Assembly: GCA_963720465.1 (NCBI GenBank)
Contig: OY970393.1
Location: 1,408,001 to 1,472,000 of the forward strand
DNA: 64,000 bases
DNA from: Methanobacteriota archaeon
GTDB lineage: Archaea; Halobacteriota; Bog-38; Methanoflorentales; Methanoflorentaceae
Direction of reading: 5' to 3'
In this document: in pieces, positions 38,817 through 49,287 of the stretch
How positions within the stretch are numbered: the stretch's first letter is position 1
Layout of the letters: every line of letters begins with the position of its first letter
Position numbers and translations under genes: made by a program
The notes under the pieces: model-generated
Database searches by the model: none
Told to the model about the DNA's origin: nothing
The model's input: only the letters and a program-made list of their open reading frames with translations

Positions 38817-40268
38817 GTGAGTGACTACGAGCTTTTGGTCAAACGAATCGGGCTGACAGGACTGGCCAGCGTTGTGGTCCAGTTCAGTCCTGTTCTCTTG
38901 CTGCCGATCCTGACGAAGATCCTGACCATTCAGGATTACGGGATCTGGTCGTTAATCGTCGTTACAGCGGGCTTTGTGCCAATGGTGGTGACGTTAGGCC
39001 TACCGAGTTCCATGGTACGGTTTCTAGCTCCGGTAAAAAACAACGATGAGATACGCGAAGGGTACTACTCTATCACTCTCGCTGTTCTCGGTGCCGGCTT
39101 TGTTGTGAGTTTAGTTCTCCTCGTGTTTGCGCAATCGATCGCTACAAATTTGTTCGGCAATAATCTTAACGTTGCCCTCTTACTTCCATTAATCACGTTT
39201 GCGGCCTCTTACATTGCTGTGCCACAGACTTATTTCAGGACATTTCAACAGGCGAAACGATATACGATTGTCTCATTTCTTCAGGCTGCTCTCTACGTTA
39301 TACTCGTCGCAGCGTTCGTCGTGTTTGGTCTCGGACTCGTCGGGGCTGCTTTCGCGTATCTCATCAGCTTGGTGCTCATAGCCCTGATCTCGACCTTTTA
39401 CGTCCTGAGAGATATCGGGGTGACCATACCGAGTTTCGCTGAGCTAAAGGCGTATTTAAAATACGGCCTACCTTTTGTGCCCGGCAACGTCTCGAGTTGG
39501 GCGTTAGGTGTAAGCGATCGGTACATCATTACGTTCTTCTTGGGTGTCGCTTGGGTTGGTTACTACTCTCCAGGGTACCAGCTTGGTTGGATGATAACTG
39601 TCTTAGCGATGCCCTTTACGATCCTAGCTCCGACGGCCATCTACGAGTATTATGACGCAAACCACATAGCGGAGGTGAAGACGATTATCAGGTACTCCAT
39701 AAAATACTTCCTCGCAGTTGCCGTGCCCGCAGCTTTCGTGCTTTCAGTTCTGTCGAAGCCCATACTGCTGGTACTAACTACCCCAGCAATAGCTGCGAAC
39801 GGCTATCTGATCACGCCGTTTACCGCGTTTAGCTCTCTGCTGTTTGGAGTGTGGTCCATAATCATGATCGTGCTCACCTTTGAAAAAAGGACGGCGATCA
39901 TCGGCATGATGTGGATCCTAGGTGCGGTATTAAACATCGGCCTTAATCTGATCCTCGTTCCATATTTTGGAATCATAGCTGCGGCCCTGACGACGGTGCT
40001 GGGCTACGGCTTTGTTTTCGGGGTTACCGCGATTTATTCTGTTCGACACATGACGCTCGATGTAGATTTTGGGTTCATTTTAAAAAGTATTTTTGCATCG
40101 GTCGTGGTATCGTCGTTTGTTCTGGTATGGCACGCCTCCGGATTGTTGAGCGTCTCAGCCCTGATCGTGATCTGCGCCGCCGCCTACACCGCGATCCTGT
40201 TTGTCCTCAAAGGATTTACGGCAAGCGAAATACGATTCTTCAGCGGTTTTCTCGCGAGAGAGAGATGA
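38817..40268 (+). CDS. Wzx/AglR-type oligosaccharide flippase
   Basis: 483 aa MOP-like membrane protein; YGIWS, YLKYGLP, SDRYII, VGYYS, LNLILVPYFGIIAAALTT. Confidence 0.9.
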   Translation: MSDYELLVKRIGLTGLASVVVQFSPVLLLPILTKILTIQDYGIWSLIVVTAGFVPMVVTLGLPSSMVRFLAPVKNNDEIREGYYSITLAVLGAGFVVSLVLLVFAQSIATNLFGNNLNVALLLPLITFAASYIAVPQTYFRTFQQAKRYTIVSFLQAALYVILVAAFVVFGLGLVGAAFAYLISLVLIALISTFYVLRDIGVTIPSFAELKAYLKYGLPFVPGNVSSWALGVSDRYIITFFLGVAWVGYYSPGYQLGWMITVLAMPFTILAPTAIYEYYDANHIAEVKTIIRYSIKYFLAVAVPAAFVLSVLSKPILLVLTTPAIAANGYLITPFTAFSSLLFGVWSIIMIVLTFEKRTAIIGMMWILGAVLNIGLNLILVPYFGIIAAALTTVLGYGFVFGVTAIYSVRHMTLDVDFGFILKSIFASVVVSSFVLVWHASGLLSVSALIVICAAAYTAILFVLKGFTASEIRFFSGFLARER

Positions 40269-40301
40269 TGCGTGTAAAAATTATTTAGAGCGAAAACGTG
40301 G

Positions 40302-40523
40302 TCAAGCTGTCAGTAGCTCTAGGCGCTTTCGTTTCGAGATCAAAAAGGCCTCACGCAACGCGTCAAGTTCCATCGCCTTGAGGTTAGCGACCTATTCCTC
40401 GCAATCAATGAGCCAGTTCGCTATTGTTTGTCGTCGTATGCCGACGAGCTCTGCGATCGCGTTTAGTGAATTACCATGCGCACGAAGCTCTATAACCCTC
40501 AGTTTCGTATCTAAGTTGTTCAT
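40302..40523 (-). pseudogene. Truncated paralog of the HTH gene at 19227, with internal TAG
   Basis: MNNLDTKLRVIELRAHGNSLNAIAELVGIRRQTIANWLIDCEE*VANLKAMELDALREAFLISKRKRLELLTA*. Confidence 0.82.
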
Positions 40524-41295
40524 GGAGCACCTCGTGCGCGCCTGTGGAGCGTGCTCGCAAAATGCGCCCTTACAAAAGAGCACGCAGCGCCGGGCCCCAC
40601 GCTCTCAATGCCGCGCTGCGACTCATTGGCTCGCGCGACGCGTTCCTTCTTGATTTCTTCATTTCTAACACTCCTCAATCTTCTGTTTCTAATTGCCTCG
40701 CGGCATCGGCCGACTTGTCGACCGTATTTTTCGAGCAGCGTACGAGTCGGGCGCAAACTGGTGCGGCGAGTTATGCTCTCCGCTTTCCAGCTCTTTCGAT
40801 TTATGCACAACCATTTCGCTTTTTACTGCTCTTATTTGAAGCGAATTGCGCCAAAAAGCGCATTCAGTGCTCAAATCGTATTTGGCGAGCGTATTTCGCT
40901 CCTAAAAATAAGATGAATGTCTCAACGATAAACTTTTAGGTAGCATGCTAAAGATTGCTATGGTTATGCAGCGCGCGTGCGCCAGCCGGGGGTCTGCAAA
41001 GCACAAATAACCTCTCTACTGTTTAACGATCCTCACGGAATGTAATTTAATCTATAAAAATCTTTTAATAAAAAATTGGAAATGCAAAGCGAGCTCCAAT
41101 GGCGCTCGTGCGAATGAGATCACAAAGACTGACATAGAAGGCATCAAACAGAGAATCGGCAAAATAGTCGATTCGTGCACAGGGTGGTCAACGGCGTGCT
41201 TAGAACAGGCCCCGCAGTGAGGTCTATTCACTCTGAAAGGCTCGGTCAGCGCGTTAACAGTCATTTCTGAAAGGGTCACTTAGCTCGCAAATGAG

Positions 41296-41445
41296 TAAGA
41301 TTTAGAATTAATTATAAAAATAACTCAATAATATGAAAAAGTGAGGCACGGGGTGAAAGGAACGAAGAACGAGATCACTTCCTTGTGGGTGCGCCCCACG
41401 TGAAAATGAAACCTGGTTAACTTTTGGTGCGGTTTTGGTGCGGTT
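41296..41445 (-). repeat. Right copy of inverted boundary module
   Basis: Reverse complement reads AACCGCACCAAAACCGCACCAAAAGTTAACCA, then TATTATTGAGTTATTTTTATAATTAATTCTAAATCTTA. Confidence 0.8.
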
Positions 41446-41518
41446 CTTATGCCTGGTCGTCCCCGGTCAGGTGATGCACAGCATCAAATGCACGCGATTG
41501 AACTGGTGCCTACACGGG

Positions 41519-42047
41519 CTACGCCAACAACGCCTTCCGCACTTCCTGCGCGTTTTCCTTAGTCGTCAGCACTTCCACAAGGTCGATGGCAAAGTCAATA
41601 GCGGTTCCCGGGCCCTGGCTGGTGATGATGGTTACCGTGCCGCACGACGCGCTCTTCTACGCGCTGCGCGCCCGGGATGTCGATCCCTGGATAACACGTC
41701 GCCTTCGCCCCTCCCATGATACCCGCCACCCCGAGCACGTGCGGGGCAGCACAAATCGCGCCGACGTATTTGCCGGCGTCGTACGCTGCGCGTATGAGGC
41801 TGAGAACGCGTTGATCGCGCTCGAGGTTGACGTACCCAGGGCTCCCGCCCGGAAGGACGAGGGCGTCGTACGTCGTAACGTCGTCAATAGAGAGATCGGG
41901 CACGACTTTGATCCCGTGCCCACCCTCTATGGGCGGAGGTGCAATCCCGGCGAGGAGGACAGCGATGCCCGCACGGCGCAGCACGTCAACGATCGTGACC
42001 GCTTCCAGCTCCTCAAACCCGGGGGCGAGAAGGACAACTACGTTCAT
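41519..42047 (-). CDS. DJ-1/PfpI (ThiJ/YajL-like) protein with an apparent 1-nt insertion near 41633
   Basis: GFEELEAVTIVDVLRRAG, LVLPGG, GAICAAP; conserved IITSQGPGTAIDFA...RKALLA* tail lies in a shifted frame ending at 41519. Confidence 0.88.
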
Positions 42048-42256
42048 AGGTCTACCTCAGGGCTTCAAGCTCTTAAGCGTTTTCGACGCTCGGGGCGGCA
42101 GCCTCGCCTGGGAGCCGCGCTCGTTTGCAGCGCCGTTGTCCGCAAGTAAAGTCACCCCCTAGCTGTCGCAAGGAGGCTTCTCGCTTGATTTAGCTAAATA
42201 CGATCTGTACAAGTTTATATACCAAATTGCAGTAAGTTCAACCTGGTTCCCCTACG

Positions 42257-43546
42257 ATGTCACCTAAAGATTTTGCGTACCGCTTGCTCAGCACACCGTA
42301 TGAGTTCATCTTTAAGGAAGGATTGGAGCATCGAACCGCAGAATTTTTCTTGAGCACGTCGTACGTGGCGATCGGAACGCTCTTTGGATCGGCGCTGACC
42401 TTTATTTTCCTCATCCTTGGGGCGCGCATCTTAGGACCCCAAGGGTTTGGCGATCTGAGCCTCGTCATGTCAATAAGCCTCATTGTTGGAATCTCGATGG
42501 GGCTCAACCTGGTCGCGACCGTCAACTATGGTTCTGGAGCACACGACGATTCAGTTCGGACTAAAATAATCTCAACCGCGTCTATTGAAGCGCTGCTGCT
42601 TGTCACCGCTTCCACGACGGTCTTCGCCCTCCTTTCTCCGCAACTATCCTACCTGCTGGGGGTCTCTGCGGCCGTATTCCTCTTCGCCGTTGCATATGGC
42701 GCGGCCTTTACGTGTTACACATTTGCGATGAATGCTCTGAGAGTGGTATTCAGCATGAAGGCGTATGCGCTTTCCGCCGCTGCCCAGTCGGTAGTGTGTC
42801 TTGCGCTTTTCCTCGCCCTTGTCACGGACGGCATGAAGTCGTGGCAATCGGCGGCGTACGCGCTGTCAGTGTCAAATCTGGCAGTCAGCCTCATCGTGAT
42901 TTTCTACGTCAGAGCTCATCTGACGCGTCACTTCGACTGGCATTGGGCGCGAAGAATAATGCGCTACTCGTCCTTTGCGGTCCCTGGATTGATTGCTGTG
43001 GCATTCATGGGGCTCGATCGGATACTCATCAATCTATTTATGACAACCGCTGCGGTGGGACTGTATAACGCGTATTTCCTGCCGTCAATAACTGTAGCGG
43101 CGACGCTCTGGGGTATCGTTAACACCACCTTTTTCCCCTATGCATCGCGAAGCAAGGATAAGCTGGCGCTTCTGCTCAAAATAAACACAGTGACACCGTA
43201 TTTGGCCGTTGTGCTTGTGCCGCTCATCGTTTGTGCGGAAGTGATCGCCTTCGTTCTCTATGGGCACCAGTACGCATTCAGCCTGCAACTATCGTTCTTT
43301 TTTGCACTCGCGGCAACCGTGTATGTTGTTTTTCTAGGCTACACGTGGCTTGCGGCATCGGTCGGTGCGAGTGGAGCAAAAATGAGCACCGTGTGCAACG
43401 TCCTTGCGCTGCTTGTGTTGATATGTCTGGACGTCGTATTAATTCCGCGTATTGGCATCCTGGGCGCAGCGATCACGCTCATCTTTTCATATTTAGTGCC
43501 CACCGTGTTTCTCTATTCACGAAAGCAATTTTGGGCGCGGATTTAA
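42257..43546 (+). CDS. Oligosaccharide flippase-family protein
   Basis: ARILGPQGFG, LDRILIN, VGLYNAY, LIPRIGILGAAIT. Confidence 0.85.
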   Translation: MSPKDFAYRLLSTPYEFIFKEGLEHRTAEFFLSTSYVAIGTLFGSALTFIFLILGARILGPQGFGDLSLVMSISLIVGISMGLNLVATVNYGSGAHDDSVRTKIISTASIEALLLVTASTTVFALLSPQLSYLLGVSAAVFLFAVAYGAAFTCYTFAMNALRVVFSMKAYALSAAAQSVVCLALFLALVTDGMKSWQSAAYALSVSNLAVSLIVIFYVRAHLTRHFDWHWARRIMRYSSFAVPGLIAVAFMGLDRILINLFMTTAAVGLYNAYFLPSITVAATLWGIVNTTFFPYASRSKDKLALLLKINTVTPYLAVVLVPLIVCAEVIAFVLYGHQYAFSLQLSFFFALAATVYVVFLGYTWLAASVGASGAKMSTVCNVLALLVLICLDVVLIPRIGILGAAITLIFSYLVPTVFLYSRKQFWARI

Positions 43547-43673
43547 AAATGAGGCAAAACAGTCTCGAATCACAACCCTTAGTATCGCAGCGTAGACGTG
43601 TGGAAGTAGCAGGGCGGAGAATAACCAAGCATCCCATTGCTGGGATTAACGTCAAACGAAAGACCTTTCTCAA

Positions 43674-44390
43674 TCACGTGGGGTTCGCTAGGCGTCTCGG
43701 GGCCAACCATAGCACCATCCTCAGCGCCTTGACAATCTCGTTCCTGGAGATCTTGGAGGCCCCCATGCGGCGATCTTGGAAAATGATAGGCACCTCCCCA
43801 ACCTTCCAACCCAGTCGCTCAACTCTGAAAAGCATTTCGAACAAGAAAGAATAGCCGCTCGATTTGATGCTATCTAAATCTAGGCTCTCTAATGCCTGGC
43901 GGCGATAACAACGAAAACCTGCCGTCGTGTCATGGGCGTGCAGCCCCAGTAGTACACGTGTGATCGTATTCGCGCTCCAACTGACAACTTTGCGATCGAG
44001 AGTCTGCGTGGACCGCCCACCCCGCACGTAGCGCGACCCGATGACGAGATCGTACCCCTGGTTGATTTTGTCCACGATATCGGCAACACAACGGGGGTTG
44101 TGGGAAAAATCGGCGTCCATCGAACAAACGAGATCGGCTCCTTCGGCCAGCGCCTCTTTAAAGCCGGCGATGCAAGCTGTGCCTAGCCCCAGCTTGCCAG
44201 GATGGTGAATGACGCTCACTCGTCCGGCATTTTCCGCAGCTAACCAGTCGGCGATTTCGCCGGTGCCGTCGGGAGAATTATCATCCACCACAATGATGTG
44301 CATTCTCATCGGCAGAGCGAGTAACTGGGTCACCAGAGACACAATATTTTCTTTTTCGTTATAGGTCGGAACGATAACAGAGACCTGCAT
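43674..44390 (-). CDS. Polyprenol/dolichol-phosphate mannose synthase-like GT2
   Basis: VIVPTYNE, VVDDNSPDGTG, GKLGLGTA, MDADFSHNP, IGSRY, DTTAGFRCY, EVPIIFQDRRMGASK. Confidence 0.9.
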   Translation of the reverse strand: MQVSVIVPTYNEKENIVSLVTQLLALPMRMHIIVVDDNSPDGTGEIADWLAAENAGRVSVIHHPGKLGLGTACIAGFKEALAEGADLVCSMDADFSHNPRCVADIVDKINQGYDLVIGSRYVRGGRSTQTLDRKVVSWSANTITRVLLGLHAHDTTAGFRCYRRQALESLDLDSIKSSGYSFLFEMLFRVERLGWKVGEVPIIFQDRRMGASKISRNEIVKALRMVLWLAPRRLANPT

Positions 44391-44500
44391 AGTCTCCTAC
44401 ACTCTCTACTGACATTTTATCTCGATTTCTGTCCTTGCCTTATTTTATCATAGCAGGCTGTATCCGCGAGTTTGCCGCTATCGGAATAGCGGCTTGACAT

Positions 44501-44635
44501 CTGTGGCATCGTTAACGCCACCTGTTTCCCTTATGCATCGCGAAGCACCGGATAAATTGGCGCTCCTCCTAAAAATAAACACAGTGACACCGTATTTGGC
44601 TGTTGTGCTTGTGCCGCTCATCGTTTGTGTGGAAG
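44501..44635 (+). pseudogene. Duplicated internal fragment of the flippase gene (43108-43241)
   Basis: About 135 bp near-identical copy encoding DKLALLLKINTVTPYLAVVLVPLIVC, with indels. Confidence 0.88.
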
Positions 44636-44854
44636 CGGGCCTGATACAGAACCGGGCCAGCAATTCCAACGGAGTTATCGCCTTCAAGAGTGGCGATGAA
44701 CTCACGTGCGATTTTAGGGTATTTGAGCAGTGCCAACGACGATCGTCAAGCCCCCGATCAGCAGTTCGCTCGCTGTCTGCCTACACGGGTCCTCTTATGT
44801 CGTGTCGACCAATGGATATAAGTGACGGCGGCTATTCTCTGTTAAGGTACCGCG

Positions 44855-45154
44855 ATGCTAGAAATTACGGTGCACGAGATCCGAGGGACGTGCCCAGTGC
44901 ATTCCGTTGGGGATCGTATCATCATTGACGGGCCCAATATCGTAGTTGCAGAAAGCGACGCGCTTTGTACCCACGCGCTCTCGACCCTCCTCCATTATAC
45001 GACGATCCTCGAACACACCTGGTGCCCCGTTGCCCTTGGCTTGACGACGTCTGAAGACCCCGCGCACGCCTACATGCAGTGCGTCGATCCGGGGCCGCCG
45101 TACACCGAAGGGGGCACGGTCATCTTCCGGTGCCGTAAAATAGTGCGTGAATAA
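44855..45154 (+). CDS. TIGR04076-like small Cys-containing protein
   Basis: VHEIRGTCPVHSVGD...LCTHAL...QCVDPG...GGTVIF. Confidence 0.78.
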   Translation: MLEITVHEIRGTCPVHSVGDRIIIDGPNIVVAESDALCTHALSTLLHYTTILEHTWCPVALGLTTSEDPAHAYMQCVDPGPPYTEGGTVIFRCRKIVRE

Positions 45155-45604
45155 GAACAGCCGAACACACGGCGCCGGTAACCACATCCTAATAGACCGG
45201 TGAGCCACAACGACGTCTGCACGTCAGGAGGGCTCGGATGGCCAAGTTGGCTGCGAGCGTGCTCTACGTCTGCTACGCCCAGCGCAGCGAGGAGCGCAGA
45301 AACTGATGACCGCTCAGGGCGGCAGTTCACGCTTTACGTTGGAGCTTTTAGGCGGATTGCACGTCAGGGAGAAAGCCTTCGGTTTGCCGTCGTTTCTGCG
45401 CCACAGCACGACCAGGATCCGCGACCCAGCCGTTTTCCACCCGCCTCTTTTTTTTTCCAGCATTTCCTCGACTAATTACGGCGTCGCGCTCGCCCGCAAA
45501 AAACATGGCAAGGGCCTATGTAGGGGGGCGAACGTATACGGTGCGTGTGGATGACGTCGATTACACGTCATCCAACTCACCAAGCGGTGAAACAGGTGAT
45601 CCAG

Positions 45605-47521
45605 GTGGCTACCGAAGAGGAGGAGACAACCTCAGTCCTTTTGCACGAGAGACGGGTGTTTCGCCCGAGCGCAGCGGTCGTCGAGGCGGCGCGCGTGAAA
45701 GACTGGGAAGCTGAACTGAGAGCGGGACAGGACATCGAGGCGTACTGGGCGGCGAAGGCGCGGCAGTTTGAATGGTTCGCGCCGTGGACACAGGTCCTCG
45801 ACGCACGCGAGGCGCCTTTTTACAAATGGTTCGTTGGCGGCAGGACAAATATCACGCACAACGCAGTGGATAGGCACCTCGCCACCGAACGTCGCGACCG
45901 CGTCGCGCTCCTCTACATTAACGAACGCGGAGAGGAAAACAAGGTCACCTATTCCGAGCTCGCGAGCGAGGTGAATAAGATGGCGAACGCGCTCAAGAAG
46001 CTCGGCGTGCGAAAAGGGGACCGTGTGGCGATGTACCTTCCGCCGTGCGTCGAGGCTGCCGTATCAATGCTCGCGTGCGCGAAGATCGGGGCTGTGCACA
46101 GTGTCGTGTATGCTGGCTTTAGTGTGCGAGCGCTGGCTGACCGAATTCACGACGCGAACGCCGAGATCCTTATTACCGCGGACGGCACGTTCCGCCGGGG
46201 AAAGGTAATCGACCTAAAAAGCGTGGCAGATGAAGCTGTCGGCGCAAGCCCAAGCATCAAAACGACGGTAGTAGTGCGGCACGCGGGTAACCCGGTGATC
46301 TCTGAACCCATTGGGGGAGAGATTCTTTACGATGAGCTCATCGACGGAGCGAACACCGAATGCGCTGCTGAACCTATGGACGCAGAGGATGCGCTCTTTA
46401 TCCTCTACACGTCCGGGAGCACGGGGATGCCAAAAGGCGTCGTTCACACGACCGGGGGCTATATGGTTGCGACGGCTACCGCGTTACAAACCGTATTTGA
46501 CATACACGACGATGACGTGTGGTGGTGCACTGCTGACGTCGGATGGATAACGGGCCACAGCTACTGCGTCTACGCACCGTTGCTCGCCGGCACCACGAGC
46601 CTCATCTACGAGGGCGCGCCTGACTATCCCGAACCGGACGCCCTGTGGCGAGTGGTAGAACGCAACGCGGTCACGAAGTTTTATACCGCACCGACCACCA
46701 TCCGCCACCTCATGCGTTTCGGGGAGAAATGGCCGCAGGGTTGCGACCTAAGCTCTCTCAAGATTCTCGGCACGGTCGGAGAGCCGATCAACCCGGAGGC
46801 ATGGGTCTGGTACTACGAACACGTCGGCGGGTTGCGCTGTCCGATCATGGACACATGGTGGCAGACGGAAACCGGCTGCTTCATGATCTCACCACTCCCT
46901 GTATCGGCGCTCAAACCAGGGTCGGCCACGAAACCTCTCCCGGGCATCCAAGCGGATGTCATGGACTTGGACGGGAAGCCCGTGCCGCCAGGGCGCGGCG
47001 GGCTGCTCGTTATAACGACGCCGTGGCCGTCGATGCTCCGCACGTTGTACAACAACCCAGAACGGTACAAAAAGACCTACTGGGAGCAGATACCGGGGGG
47101 CATCTACGTGTCAGGAGACATCGCACGCAAAGACGAAGACGGCTACTTCTGGATACAGGGGCGGGCCGACGACGTCCTGAAGATCGCTGGGCACCGCATC
47201 GGCACCAGCGAGATCGAATCAGCGTTTGTGAGCCACCGTGCGGTGTCGGAGGCAGCCGTGATCGGCAAACCCGACCCCATCAGAGGGGAGGTCATAAAAG
47301 CGTTTATTATCCTCAAAGAGGGCTACGCGGAGACTCCAGAACTTATCGTCGAGCTTAAAAAACACGTACGGCACGAGCTCGGGCCCATTGCCGTCATAGG
47401 AGAGATCGCCTTTACCGCCACGCTCCCGAAGACGCGCAGCGGGAAGATCATGCGAAGGGTGCTCAAGGCGCGGGAACTCGGCATCGACGAAGGGGACGTG
47501 TCGACGCTTATTGAAACGTAA
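45605..47521 (+). CDS. acs: AMP-forming acetyl-CoA synthetase
   Basis: [63 protein letters not shown]; GGTGA RBS before GTG 45605. Confidence 0.95.
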   Translation: MATEEEETTSVLLHERRVFRPSAAVVEAARVKDWEAELRAGQDIEAYWAAKARQFEWFAPWTQVLDAREAPFYKWFVGGRTNITHNAVDRHLATERRDRVALLYINERGEENKVTYSELASEVNKMANALKKLGVRKGDRVAMYLPPCVEAAVSMLACAKIGAVHSVVYAGFSVRALADRIHDANAEILITADGTFRRGKVIDLKSVADEAVGASPSIKTTVVVRHAGNPVISEPIGGEILYDELIDGANTECAAEPMDAEDALFILYTSGSTGMPKGVVHTTGGYMVATATALQTVFDIHDDDVWWCTADVGWITGHSYCVYAPLLAGTTSLIYEGAPDYPEPDALWRVVERNAVTKFYTAPTTIRHLMRFGEKWPQGCDLSSLKILGTVGEPINPEAWVWYYEHVGGLRCPIMDTWWQTETGCFMISPLPVSALKPGSATKPLPGIQADVMDLDGKPVPPGRGGLLVITTPWPSMLRTLYNNPERYKKTYWEQIPGGIYVSGDIARKDEDGYFWIQGRADDVLKIAGHRIGTSEIESAFVSHRAVSEAAVIGKPDPIRGEVIKAFIILKEGYAETPELIVELKKHVRHELGPIAVIGEIAFTATLPKTRSGKIMRRVLKARELGIDEGDVSTLIET

Positions 47522-47616
47522 CGTATCCACGCTGCGGCGGCTGGCAGCGTACCCTCGCAGGTCGGTACCGTTCAAAGGTTCGACGTACTAACCTTGGATC
47601 CGTCATCGCGCCTAGG

Positions 47617-47898
47617 TTAGTAGGCGTAATTGGGTTCCGTCCATCCATAGGCGTTGTGAAGAGTCATCCACGTCCGAATCTTCGCTATTATTAGATACAG
47701 ATGATTTCTCGCCCGTTCCGATATCGCGCCGTCGAATGCTCTTTCCTGGAGGTACTGAAACGCCTCGCCGCTGCGCGAGCATGCCTGCATCAGTTTTTCG
47801 GCAGCGTTCTCAGCGTGCGCGCCGTGCACATCGCCGAGCTCAGAGATGAGCGCATCCACTTCGGCTAGATTCCTTAGCATCGCACACAAGGTAGCCAT
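47617..47898 (-). CDS. Hypothetical small helical protein (HEAT-like)
   Basis: 93 aa; AGGGG RBS; VDALISELGD...AAEKL pattern. Confidence 0.5.
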   Translation of the reverse strand: MATLCAMLRNLAEVDALISELGDVHGAHAENAAEKLMQACSRSGEAFQYLQERAFDGAISERARNHLYLIIAKIRTWMTLHNAYGWTEPNYAY

Positions 47899-48083
47899 CC
47901 CCTAGAATAACGGTTTGGCAAGAGTAGCGCGAAAGTAATCGCGCCACTTTTTGTATTCCACGAGCGCATATCCCACGCGGGAACGCTGGAGTCAGAGATC
48001 GCAACAATCTACCGGAGAGCGAAAGCGCGAACGCGTTGATCAAGCAATTCGCAGCAACAACGAACGAAGGCACTGCCGGCGTG

Positions 48084-48314
48084 CTATGACGAATCCATCG
48101 TGATGAGATATCGTTTGACGAACTGGGCTGCTTCGTCATCTCGCGGTTCAAAAAGGATTCCTTGATCGTTGGGAAACGGAACGCGGTGATCGTGTTCCCA
48201 AGAAAGTATAGCAGGGGGTATACCGTCGGGGTAGGCCTCACACGTTGCCTGGGGGAAACTCACCTCGCGAAAGTGCTTGCATAGCGTACAAATTGGAGTC
48301 ATTAACAGCGTCAT
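48084..48314 (-). CDS. Small CxxCxH protein of a phage/toxin-neighbourhood type
   Basis: PICTLCKHF...TCEAYPDGIPPAILSWEHDHRVPFPNDQGILFEP. Confidence 0.7.
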   Translation of the reverse strand: MTLLMTPICTLCKHFREVSFPQATCEAYPDGIPPAILSWEHDHRVPFPNDQGILFEPRDDEAAQFVKRYLITMDSS

Positions 48315-48508
48315 GCCATCACGCCATGACGTTGCTCGCTCGCTTAAACGTATTCCTACCGTGTCGTCGAAGCAGCCCCCACCGTGATTGGGGACCGTCA
48401 TCAGCTCGTGCGCAGCGCACTGAGTATGAACTTGCGCTCGGCCAGAAGCGAAGGAGTCCGACTCCAGTTTTTTATAGAGCGGAGGCGTATAGGGCAGCAG
48501 GTGTTACC

Positions 48509-49039
48509 GTGACCAATCTATGGAAATCGCTTCCTGTTGGACCTGACCCGCCAGAAGTCGTTTACGCGCTGATCGAGGTCCCAAAAGGGTCCCAGAACAA
48601 ATACGAATATGATAAAGATCTCGGGATCTTTGCCATTGACCGGGTGCTCTATTCACCGGTGCAGTACCCGACTGATTATGGACTCATCCCGCAGACGTAT
48701 TACGACGACGGTGATCCCCTGGACGTCATGGTTCTGATGGATGAACCAACCTTTTCAGGATGCCTCATTGCTGTGCGGCCCATCGGCTTAATGCGGATGA
48801 TTGACAGTGGGGACAACGATGACAAGGTCTTGGCCGTACCCGATAAAGATCCGATGTACGCAGAAGTCACCGACATACGCGATCTGCCCCCACACAAAAT
48901 GCGAGCTATTGGACACTTCTTCACGGTCTACAAGCAGCTTGAGGGCAAAAAAACCGATGTGACTGGTTGGGAAGGAGCTGAAAGCGCCAAAAACGCAATA
49001 ATGCATTCAATTAAGCTCTACAACGACAAATTTGGCTGA
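48509..49039 (+). CDS. ppa: Inorganic pyrophosphatase (family I)
   Basis: IEVPKGSQNKYE, DRVL, YPTDYG, DGDPLDV, DDKVLAV, FFTVYKQLE; GTG start at 48509. Confidence 0.95.
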   Translation: MTNLWKSLPVGPDPPEVVYALIEVPKGSQNKYEYDKDLGIFAIDRVLYSPVQYPTDYGLIPQTYYDDGDPLDVMVLMDEPTFSGCLIAVRPIGLMRMIDSGDNDDKVLAVPDKDPMYAEVTDIRDLPPHKMRAIGHFFTVYKQLEGKKTDVTGWEGAESAKNAIMHSIKLYNDKFG

Positions 49040-49287
49040 TTAAGCGCGCTGCCGGTCTTTTTTGCTGATGAGGGAGGCCATGCGTCTCACGAGTGTGATA
49101 ACGCCGATGGCTTTTCCGCTCTCGTCGCGACCCTGCTCGCCGGCGGAGCGCCCGACGCCCCGTGGGCAACACTCGGTGGACTTGACGCCACGGGCGTGGG
49201 CCTCTCCGCCATCGACGCGCTCCGCGCGGCACGCCTCGTACCGATGCCCGTGGTGATCGGCGAGACGACGTTTCCTACGGGAACGGC

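Noticed and set aside
40392-40394. In-frame TAG in the HTH paralog as pyrrolysine
   Set aside because: It is a single-base change from the Glu codon in the paralog, the gene is also truncated 30 codons later, and no pyl genes are in the window.
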